DNA from: an uncultured SAR116 cluster alpha proteobacterium
GTDB taxonomy: Bacteria > Pseudomonadota > Alphaproteobacteria > Puniceispirillales > GCA-002684695
Assembly: GCA_902539295.1 (NCBI GenBank)
Contig: CACBIM010000004.1
Coordinates: forward strand, 12,504-76,503
DNA length: 64,000 nt
Direction of reading: 5' to 3'
Part shown: positions 56,216-64,000 of the stretch, in pieces
How the letters are laid out: every line of letters begins with the position of its first letter
Numbering within the stretch: the stretch's first letter is position 1
Notes under the pieces: generated by a model
Seen by the model: the letters and a program-made list of their open reading frames with translations, nothing else
Told to the model about the DNA's origin: nothing
Databases searched by the model: none
Translations under genes and position numbers: made by a program

Positions 56216-58033
56216 AAAACTTCTCTCAATTCTATTTGGGTCACATGCGCGAAGTATTTCATTATCTAAGCCTATAGGTTGATTTAAAATAATACTAACA
56301 AGAGCATCACCTAATAAAGGACCCATAATCATACCCCTCGCACCTAATGCAGATAAAATAAAAAGGTTTTCATCGATTGATCCCATCATTGGCATCCTAT
56401 CATAGGTTGAGACCCTCATTGATACTCTTCCATCAAGTTTTGCAGCATCAATCTTTTCACTAATTATAATATTGTTGTAAATCTCTTCTGGAATATTTGA
56501 TAGATTAATTTCATTTGCTTTTACTGATACTTTATTTCTTTTCTTACTATTTTTTTCAAATGTAGCACCAATAGTAATTATATCATTAATAGGTGGCGTT
56601 AAGTATCCAGAAAAGCTTAGATTAGATTTTGGTAAATCTTTAAATTTACTTTTATCTAAATGAGTTACTTGGCCTTGAGTATATTGAAGGTTAAATACAG
56701 AAGTTTGACTAAGATTATTCAGTCCTTCTGAACATGCTAAAATCAATACTTCTGTTATTATTTCTTCATTATTTGATAGTTTTACTTTCCATCCATTGAT
56801 ATGCTTTTGAATATCAATCAACTCAACACCGAAAATTTTTTCAATACTATCATCGACAAGCTTATTGACAAATTCTGAGGATTTTATAGTGCCGCCATAA
56901 TCATGGACTACCCCATTAAGATTAATTTTTCCTCTAAAAATTTCTGCTTTGTCATCCTCATTTAATTCTCTAACAAGATCAGAAGACCATCCTTGGGAAA
57001 GAATAATTTTCTGTTTCTTTTCCTCTCTTTCAGGAATACCAAATATTATTGATTTATCATTTAATGCGACATTTAATTTTTTTGCTTGAAATCTAGAATA
57101 GCGATAACACGCTAAAGATAACCTGCCTGCTGCAGTATCAACTGTTGTTAGCCTTGGATACTGCACAGCTGCTAAATTTCCTGAAGCCCCTTGAGCTAGT
57201 TTGTCATATTTATCAACTATAGTTGGGCTATAACCTCTTGCATTTAATGAATGAGCTATACTTACACCAGCGATGCCACCCCCAATGATTAAGAATTTTA
57301 AAAATTGATTTTTAGTTTTCTTTACTGAAACTTTTTTACCAATAGACATTTCTTTCTTAGATCTAAATCCTTTAATTTTGTGAACTTCAAATCCGGCTCT
57401 TTCTAAATTTCTTCTGACAAAACCTGCTGACGAAAAAGTTGAAAAAGTTCCTGAAGGCTTTGTTAATCTAAAGACCTCCTTCATAACATCTTGAGACCAC
57501 ATTTCCGAATTTTTATTTGGATTAAAGCCATCTAAAAACCATGCGTCTGCTTCAAAATTGTGTCTCTTGAGTGCATCGAGAACTTCTTCATAAATTAAAG
57601 TCAGCCTTACCCTACCATTTTGAAGATTTAATCTGTGAACTCCTGGCCATAAGGGTGGCAATGCATCACGTAATTCATCCCAATAGTTTTTTAACTCTAA
57701 ATTATTACCATAAATTTTATTTAAAATATTCTCCTTAAGTGGATACCCTTCTATTGAGATAAAATCTAAATATCCTTCTTTATTTAAGTTATTAAATAAT
57801 TTCCAAGTTAGTAGAAAGTTTAGTCCAGTTCCAAAACCAAGTTCAGCTATTGTAAAATTTGGAATTTTTGAAAATCTTTCTTGAAGTTTATTAGCTTTAA
57901 GAAAAACATATTCGGATTCTGCTTCTCCATTCTCAGGAGAAAAATAAATATCATCATAATGTTTTGAACGAATTGTTTTTTCAAAAAAATTTGTGGAAAA
58001 ATAACCTGTAGAGATGTAACTTGGTTTTTTCAT
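56207..58033 (-). CDS. mnmC: Bifunctional tRNA (mnm5s2U34) methyltransferase / FAD-dependent cmnm5s2U34 oxidoreductase
   Basis: 608 aa. N-terminal methyltransferase domain (..IAELGFGTGLNFL.., ..DAWFLDGFNP..) and C-terminal DAO domain (IIGGGIAGVSIAHSL). Confidence 0.85.
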   Translation of the reverse strand: MKKPSYISTGYFSTNFFEKTIRSKHYDDIYFSPENGEAESEYVFLKANKLQERFSKIPNFTIAELGFGTGLNFLLTWKLFNNLNKEGYLDFISIEGYPLKENILNKIYGNNLELKNYWDELRDALPPLWPGVHRLNLQNGRVRLTLIYEEVLDALKRHNFEADAWFLDGFNPNKNSEMWSQDVMKEVFRLTKPSGTFSTFSSAGFVRRNLERAGFEVHKIKGFRSKKEMSIGKKVSVKKTKNQFLKFLIIGGGIAGVSIAHSLNARGYSPTIVDKYDKLAQGASGNLAAVQYPRLTTVDTAAGRLSLACYRYSRFQAKKLNVALNDKSIIFGIPEREEKKQKIILSQGWSSDLVRELNEDDKAEIFRGKINLNGVVHDYGGTIKSSEFVNKLVDDSIEKIFGVELIDIQKHINGWKVKLSNNEEIITEVLILACSEGLNNLSQTSVFNLQYTQGQVTHLDKSKFKDLPKSNLSFSGYLTPPINDIITIGATFEKNSKKRNKVSVKANEINLSNIPEEIYNNIIISEKIDAAKLDGRVSMRVSTYDRMPMMGSIDENLFILSALGARGMIMGPLLGDALVSIILNQPIGLDNEILRACDPNRIERSFLV

Positions 58034-58077
58034 AAAGAATAATAATAAAATTATACTAGAACTATCAATAACACTTT

Positions 58078-58533
58078 ATGAAAAAAGACAAGTTTTGGAT
58101 AAATAAAAAATTAACAGAATTAAGTCACAGCGAGTGGGAAGCTTTATGTGATAATTGCGGAAAATGCTGCGTTATAAAACTCCAAAATGAAAAAAATAAT
58201 GAAATTTTCTATACTAATATCTCATGTAAGCTACTTGATACAGACAATTGCAAATGTATGGATTATCCAAATAGAAAGAAAATAGTACCTGATTGTGTTA
58301 AGCTGACACCAAACAATTTGTCTCAACTAAATTGGATGCCAAATACTTGTGCTTACAAATTAGTAAATGAAGGAAAAAAACTTCCAAGTTGGCATCCATT
58401 AATGCAAGAAGAATATGATAAAAAAACACATGAAAAATATTCAGTTGCAAAAAAAGTAATTTCCGAAGATGAAATAAATATGGAAAATATTACTGATTAT
58501 ATTTATGATTGGGATAAAAAGGTGAAAGAATGA
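58078..58533 (+). CDS. YcgN/UPF0260 family Cys-cluster protein
   Basis: 151 aa with ..EWEALCDNCGKCC.., ..CKLLDTDNCKCMDYPNRKKIVPDC.. and ..WHPL... Confidence 0.8.
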   Translation: MKKDKFWINKKLTELSHSEWEALCDNCGKCCVIKLQNEKNNEIFYTNISCKLLDTDNCKCMDYPNRKKIVPDCVKLTPNNLSQLNWMPNTCAYKLVNEGKKLPSWHPLMQEEYDKKTHEKYSVAKKVISEDEINMENITDYIYDWDKKVKE

Positions 58534-58724
58534 GTAGATTTTCATGGATACTATTAATTTTACTTGTAATCTTAGCAGTTTCTCAATTGTGGATGATGGA
58601 CAATAGAGAAGCACCTTCCTGGACGAAGTGTAAAGAAAACCTACTTATGCAAACCATTACTGGCAATTGCACGTTGAGAGAAGGATTTAAGCTAGAGAAT
58701 TCAGAAAGTCTAACTGAAAGCTAG
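58530..58724 (+). CDS. Small membrane-anchored hypothetical protein
   Basis: 64 aa with one N-terminal TM helix. Its start overlaps the ycgN-like stop by 4 nt. Confidence 0.4.
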   Translation: MSRFSWILLILLVILAVSQLWMMDNREAPSWTKCKENLLMQTITGNCTLREGFKLENSESLTES

Positions 58725-58725
58725 A

Positions 58726-60327
58726 TTAATTCCTTACATTTAATAATCTCTCAAGATCTTCGATTGTATCTGCCTCGTTAGCAGGTTTATCCCACCTTAT
58801 CCTTTTTATTCTAGGAAAACGCATTGCTAATCCTGATTTATGTCGTTTAGATTTTTGAATATCATCAAACGCAACCTCTAAGACAAGTGTTTTTTCTACC
58901 TCTCTCACAGGACCAAACCTATTTGTCGTATTAGCTCTAATAAATTTATCAAGTTTAAGTAATTCTTGATCTGTAAAGCCACTGTATGCTTTTCCAACGG
59001 TTACTAATTGTCTATTTTTTAAATAGCCATTCCAAACTCCAAATGTGTAATCTGAGTAAAAAGAAGATCTTTTGCCATGGCCTCTTTGGGCGTATAGAAG
59101 AACCACGTCAATGCTATATGGATCTCTTTTAAATTTAAACCATGGGCCTTTTGGTCTTCCCGGCTCATAAGTTGAATTTCTTAGCTTAAGCATCAAGCCT
59201 TCATAGTTCAAATCTTGTCTGCACTGTAACCTCTTTCCTTCGAGATCCTGAAAATTTTTGAAAACTACTTCATCAGAGAATTTTATAAATGATAGTTTTT
59301 CTTCAAGTATAAAAGCCTTTAATAACTCTCGCCTATCAATAACACTTTTGTCTCTTATGTCTTGGTCCTTAATATAAAGAGCATCATAAGCAACTATAAA
59401 AGTAGGCATGTTTCTAATTAAATCCTTTGAAGGATTTTTTCTATTTAGCCTTTGCTGAAGGTCATTAAAACTTCCTGGAATTTTAATTGAACCTGCCATT
59501 AGTTCTCCATCAAGACAAAAGTCTTGGCTGAAACTATTTTCAATTATATCAGGAAAAGAATTTGATATATCATCACCTGATCTAGAATAAAGTTTGACTT
59601 CATTTTTCATTGAAACGAGCTGCACTCTAATTCCATCCCATTTCCATTCAGCCAAATAACTAATAGGATTAATTAATTTGTAATCATTTTCTTCAAGTGG
59701 ATTAGCAAGCATTGGAGAACGAAATATTGGCTTGTCTTTGACTTTTGGTTTTTCAATTATTTCCCTGCACCATTCAATTATTTCTTTGTAAGGAGGATCA
59801 AAAGCATGCCAAAGTTCCTCAATATCTTTTATGTTTTTATTAAAATATTTTGAAATTGCTGTTTTAGCTAGTCTGCTAGAAACACCAACACGTAACCCTC
59901 CAGTAATAATCTTCAAAAATGCCCAACGAGTATTTTGATCAAAATTGTCTAAATAATTAGAAATTAACTTTGGTGCTTCCTTTTTCTGAACATTAATTAA
60001 GTCTTTAATTACATTTGTAAGTGTTACACTTGAAAAATTTGCATTTTTATCATTTTTTTCAGGCCATATTAAAGACACAGTTTCAGCCATGTCTCCAACA
60101 TAGTCATAAGATAAATCAAATAGATACTTGTCTATATGCAGCTTTGAAATCTCTTTAACCATAGATGGCTTTACTTTAGAAATTTCTAATTCTTCACAAA
60201 TAATAGATAATCCCCAGCCGATTTCCTCTGAATTGCTATCCTTTATCCAATTCACAATATGATCTATTTTGTCATTTCTACTTGAAGTTAGAATAAGATT
60301 TAACAGTAACTCAGCAAATCGCTTCAT
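58726..60327 (-). CDS. ATP-dependent DNA ligase (ligase-associated DNA damage response type)
   Basis: 533 aa. Adenylation motif I in ..AEWKWDGIRVQL.. (KxDG), with a C-terminal OB domain. It overlaps the upstream MBL exonuclease gene by 4 nt. Confidence 0.85.
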   Translation of the reverse strand: MKRFAELLLNLILTSSRNDKIDHIVNWIKDSNSEEIGWGLSIICEELEISKVKPSMVKEISKLHIDKYLFDLSYDYVGDMAETVSLIWPEKNDKNANFSSVTLTNVIKDLINVQKKEAPKLISNYLDNFDQNTRWAFLKIITGGLRVGVSSRLAKTAISKYFNKNIKDIEELWHAFDPPYKEIIEWCREIIEKPKVKDKPIFRSPMLANPLEENDYKLINPISYLAEWKWDGIRVQLVSMKNEVKLYSRSGDDISNSFPDIIENSFSQDFCLDGELMAGSIKIPGSFNDLQQRLNRKNPSKDLIRNMPTFIVAYDALYIKDQDIRDKSVIDRRELLKAFILEEKLSFIKFSDEVVFKNFQDLEGKRLQCRQDLNYEGLMLKLRNSTYEPGRPKGPWFKFKRDPYSIDVVLLYAQRGHGKRSSFYSDYTFGVWNGYLKNRQLVTVGKAYSGFTDQELLKLDKFIRANTTNRFGPVREVEKTLVLEVAFDDIQKSKRHKSGLAMRFPRIKRIRWDKPANEADTIEDLERLLNVRN

Positions 60328-61343
60328 AAATCAGTATCACTTTCATAACCAATAATAGATAGTGCCTTTGCTGTAAGATTGTTTTTACTACACTCATATA
60401 TTAAAGCCTCCTCAGCACCATGAGTTATCCAAACTTCTTTTGGTGAAACTTCTTTAATAGTTGTTAAAATTTCATTCCAATCTGCATGGTCAGAAAGTAT
60501 TAATGGTAGGTTAATTCCTCTTTGCTTTGCCCTTTGTTTGACTGTCATCCATCCTGAAGCCATCCCCAAAATTGGATCAGGGAAACGTCTTGACCATCGA
60601 TCTGCTAAGGCAGATGGAGGAGCTAATATTAATTTTCCCTTATAAAAATCATGAGGCTTTTCTGGTTTATCTTGAATTGTTGCAGGTTCTAAATCACCTA
60701 AATCTATTCCAAATTTTTCATACAAGTTACAAATTTTTACCAATGAACCATGCAAATAAATTGTATTGTGCCAACCATTATTTCTCAGCATTTTTATGAG
60801 TCTTTGTGCCTTACCAAGGCTGTAGACACCAATTACGTGACATCTTTCAGGAAAGTTTAGGATTGATTTAATTAACAAATTTATTTGAGTATTGGCATTT
60901 GGATGTTTGAAAACTGGTAAAGCAAATGTTGCTTCAGTTATAAAAATATCAGATTTGATAGGTTCAAATGCTGCACAAGTTGGATCATCTTGTCTTTTAT
61001 AATCACCTGAAACTGTAATTACTTGGTTCGCAAAATTCATAACCACTTGAGCTGAACCTAATACATGTCCAGCAGGTGCAAGGAAAATTTTAACTTCCTC
61101 AATAGTCAATTTCTCATGATATTTGAGTACAGTTGAATTTTTGCAAAAATTATTACCATATCTCTCTTTCATAATTGCTAGAGTTTCCAGTGTAGCTATT
61201 ACATGTTCATGTCCTGCCCTAGCGTGGTCAGCATGACCATGAGTTATAATTGCTTTTTTTACAGGATAAATTGGGTCCACAAAAAATGAACCATCTTTGA
61301 CTTGGATACCTTCTTTTGTCTTTTTTATCCAATCAACTTTCAT
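60324..61343 (-). CDS. Ligase-associated DNA damage response exonuclease (metallo-beta-lactamase / beta-CASP fold)
   Basis: 339 aa with the ITHGHADHARAG motif and a ..LSDHADW.. C-terminal motif. Confidence 0.8.
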   Translation of the reverse strand: MKVDWIKKTKEGIQVKDGSFFVDPIYPVKKAIITHGHADHARAGHEHVIATLETLAIMKERYGNNFCKNSTVLKYHEKLTIEEVKIFLAPAGHVLGSAQVVMNFANQVITVSGDYKRQDDPTCAAFEPIKSDIFITEATFALPVFKHPNANTQINLLIKSILNFPERCHVIGVYSLGKAQRLIKMLRNNGWHNTIYLHGSLVKICNLYEKFGIDLGDLEPATIQDKPEKPHDFYKGKLILAPPSALADRWSRRFPDPILGMASGWMTVKQRAKQRGINLPLILSDHADWNEILTTIKEVSPKEVWITHGAEEALIYECSKNNLTAKALSIIGYESDTDL

Positions 61344-61346
61344 GCT

Positions 61347-62036
61347 CTAACGCTTCTTGTATTGATTTTTTCCAAATAGATTTGAATATTCATCATCAGT
61401 TAAAACTTTATTATTTTTTCTCATTTCCTGTCCAACAGACATACCTTTGGCAACTGCAGATCTTTTTTTCATTTGTTCTTTCCATCTTATTACATTATCA
61501 AAGTGAGATAATTCCACACCTTGTCTATCAGGTGTCATTGTCCATGGATAAACTGCGATATCTGCTATAGAATACTCTCCTGTAATCCATTCTTGATCTT
61601 TTAATTTATTATCTAAAACACCATAAAGTCTATTTGCTTCACTAGAATATCTTTCCTGTGCATAATTTATTTTTTCTTTTGCATAAAAGTTAAAGTGGTG
61701 TGCCTGACCAAGCATTGGTCCAAATCCAGCCATTTGCCATGTTAACCACTGAATAATTTCAAATCTCTTTAATTTATCATTTGAATAAAATTTATTATAT
61801 TTTTCTGCAAAAAATAGTAATATTACCCCTGATTCAAATAGAGTTATTTTTTTGCCATTCTCTTCAAATTCAATTGCTGGTATTTTATTGTTTGGAGAAA
61901 TTTTTAAAAATTTTTCAAAAAATTGTTCACCCTTGTTTATATCAACTTTAATGAGGTTATATTTCAATTTAAGTTCTTCAAAAAGAATTGAAACTTTTCG
62001 AGCATTAGGTGTTGGCCAGTAATAAAGATTTATCAT
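61347..62036 (-). CDS. Glutathione S-transferase family protein (YfcG/YghU-like)
   Basis: The ORF-track start at 62048 is TTG. The ATG at 62036 gives MINLYYWPTPNARKVSILFEEL.., a GST N-domain pattern. Confidence 0.7.
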   Translation of the reverse strand: MINLYYWPTPNARKVSILFEELKLKYNLIKVDINKGEQFFEKFLKISPNNKIPAIEFEENGKKITLFESGVILLFFAEKYNKFYSNDKLKRFEIIQWLTWQMAGFGPMLGQAHHFNFYAKEKINYAQERYSSEANRLYGVLDNKLKDQEWITGEYSIADIAVYPWTMTPDRQGVELSHFDNVIRWKEQMKKRSAVAKGMSVGQEMRKNNKVLTDDEYSNLFGKNQYKKR

Positions 62037-62122
62037 TATAAATTCCAAAAAATGTTTGATTTAAATCTAAGCATTAAACGTATATAACTATTATTCAAAT
62101 TTTTATTAACTATTTATTAATT

Positions 62123-64000
62123 ATGTTAAATCCAAAAATTGATGACTGGTTTAAATTTAAAGGGTGGGTACCTCATAATTATCAGATAGAGCTAAATAAT
62201 AAGTTGTCTAATCTAAATTCAGCCTTAGTAATCGCTCCTACGGGTGGAGGAAAAACCCTTGCAGGATTTATACCTGCAATAACTGATATAATTAAAGAAT
62301 CACCTAAAGGACTTCATACATTATATATATCACCATTAAAGGCCTTGGCTAACGATATAGAGAGAAATTTGGAATTCCCAATTAAAGAAATGGAATTAGA
62401 TATTACTTTAGAAACAAGAACAGGAGACACTAAACAAAGCAAAAGAAATTCTCAAAAACATAACCCTCCTAATTTTTTAATGACTACACCAGAAAGTTTT
62501 ATTCTTATGCTTTCTTGGGAAACATCAAAAAAGTTTTTTAGTAATTTGAAATTTTTAATAATTGATGAAATTCATACTCTTTTTAATGACAAAAGAGGTG
62601 ACCTTTTGTCATTAGGAATTTCCGAACTTAGAAATATTAATAGTCATTTCAAAAAAATAGGTCTATCTGCAACAGTCTCTGATCCTAAAACAATTTTGCT
62701 TTGGTTAAATTCTGGTGACAATCCAAATCATAACTCAACTATCATACAACAACCTAAATTTTTAAATCCTAACATAGATATACCAAAAACAAAAAGAAAC
62801 ATACCATGGTCTGGGCATAGCGGCATATATGCACTGGGTGACATATTAAATATAATTTCTCAAAACAAAACGACAATTATATTTGTAAATACAAGGGCGC
62901 AATCAGAAATTTTGTTTCAAGAAATTTGGAAAATTAATGAAGAGAATTTCACCATAGCATTGCACCATGGTTCTTTATCAAAGGAGCAAAGATTAAGAGT
63001 AGAAAGTGAAATGTCAAAAGGACATTTAAAGGCAGTAATTGCAACATCATCTCTTGATTTGGGAATTGATTGGAACAGTGTTGATCATATAATAAACCTT
63101 GGAGCACCAAAAGGTGTCAATAGGCTTATACAACGCATTGGTAGATCAGGACATAGTTATAATAGAATGAGTAGAGCATCTATAATTCCCACAAATAAAT
63201 TTGAATTACTCGAGTGTCACGCAGCTGTAAATCTTGTGAATAAAGAGCACTTAGACAAGATAGATACTTCAGATGGCGCCCTAGAAGTTTTGGCTCAATT
63301 CTTGGTTGGTTTATCTTTATCAGCGCCATTAGACCCAAGCTTAACATATAGAATAGTCAAAAAAGCTTTTCCTTATAAAAATTTAACAAAAGATGAATTT
63401 GACGAAACGCTGGATTTTGTTTCTACTGGTGGTTACTCACTGAGTGAATATGGAAAATTCCATCAAATTGTAAAAGGCATTGATGGCAAATATAGACCGT
63501 CAAACAAAATTCTCAAGACATTATGGAGAATGAATGTCGGTACTATTGTTGAAGCAGTAAATATAAAAGTAAAATTAAAAGGAGGAAAATTACTTGGCAA
63601 TGTAGAAGAATACTTTGCTCAATCTCTTTCAAAAGGTGATACATTCATTTTTTCCGGTAGGATGCTTGAATTTTTGAAATTAGAAAAAAATTCTCTTATA
63701 GTGTCTCCAAGTAATAAAAGTGAACCAAAAGTACCATCCTTTATTGGAGGAAGGCTTCCAATTTCAAGTACCCTTGCTGAGGAAGTCAGAATAATTTTAG
63801 AAAATAAAAACAGCTGGAATATACTAGGTTCAGAAGCATGTTTTTGGCTTAATAAACAACTAAATGATTCTATCATACCTCAAAAGGATAAATTATTAAT
63901 TGAAATTTTTAAAAGAGGAAATCGCTATTACACTGTTGCCTATTGTTTTGAGGGCAGAAAAGCCCATCAAACACTAGGCATGTTATTAACTAAAAGAATG
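62123..64000 (+). CDS. Ligase-associated DEXH-box helicase (Lhr-like); C-terminus off the right window edge
   Basis: Absent from the ORF track because it is open at the window end. Hand translation gives MLNPKIDDWFKFKGWVPHNYQ..VIAPTGGGKTLAGF (Walker A) and ..LIIDEIHT.. (DEIH box). The frame stays open for 626 codons to 64000. Confidence 0.85.
   Translation, partial: MLNPKIDDWFKFKGWVPHNYQIELNNKLSNLNSALVIAPTGGGKTLAGFIPAITDIIKESPKGLHTLYISPLKALANDIERNLEFPIKEMELDITLETRTGDTKQSKRNSQKHNPPNFLMTTPESFILMLSWETSKKFFSNLKFLIIDEIHTLFNDKRGDLLSLGISELRNINSHFKKIGLSATVSDPKTILLWLNSGDNPNHNSTIIQQPKFLNPNIDIPKTKRNIPWSGHSGIYALGDILNIISQNKTTIIFVNTRAQSEILFQEIWKINEENFTIALHHGSLSKEQRLRVESEMSKGHLKAVIATSSLDLGIDWNSVDHIINLGAPKGVNRLIQRIGRSGHSYNRMSRASIIPTNKFELLECHAAVNLVNKEHLDKIDTSDGALEVLAQFLVGLSLSAPLDPSLTYRIVKKAFPYKNLTKDEFDETLDFVSTGGYSLSEYGKFHQIVKGIDGKYRPSNKILKTLWRMNVGTIVEAVNIKVKLKGGKLLGNVEEYFAQSLSKGDTFIFSGRMLEFLKLEKNSLIVSPSNKSEPKVPSFIGGRLPISSTLAEEVRIILENKNSWNILGSEACFWLNKQLNDSIIPQKDKLLIEIFKRGNRYYTVAYCFEGRKAHQTLGMLLTKRM

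Noticed and set aside
63619-63876. 85-aa minus-strand ORF.
   Set aside because: It is antisense to the open Lhr-like helicase frame.

Overview
The window is very AT-rich and tightly packed, and it looks like a streamlined marine alphaproteobacterial chromosome. Pelagibacterales/SAR11-like is my inference from composition, gene density and transporter content, not a database result. Most of it is ordinary core metabolism and transport. From left to right: a fatty-acid beta-oxidation operon; an amino-acid ABC binding protein; metC; ribB; pdxA; aconitase-X; several EamA/DMT exporters; adjacent TAXI-TRAP and TctABC uptake systems; psuK-psuG; a small heat-shock protein; mnmC; and a ligase-associated DNA damage response cluster (ATP-dependent ligase, MBL exonuclease, Lhr-like helicase). 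Three regions are accessory. (1) A tyrosine-integrase island with a 14,289-bp repeat period (40.9-55.27 kb) sits at the 3' end of tRNA-Val(GAC). It is bounded by a 76-nt direct repeat covering nearly the whole tRNA, carries matching 20-nt arm-type repeats inside both ends, and has an older decayed tRNA fragment beyond it. Its cargo is almost entirely orphan secreted or membrane proteins. (2) Inside that island is a roughly 400-nt ORF-free block with a G+C spike (48.6-49.0 kb). It has several drawable helices and a near-consensus promoter, and it is my best candidate for an undescribed structured RNA. (3) A 1.15-kb single-gene insertion next to tRNA-Arg(TCT) is flanked by a perfect 40-nt direct repeat that duplicates the 5' half of the tRNA plus upstream DNA. 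This is the opposite of the usual 3'-end duplication. There is also a gene-decay zone at 36.5-37.8 kb. I saw no rRNA, CRISPR array, IS element or phage structural module.
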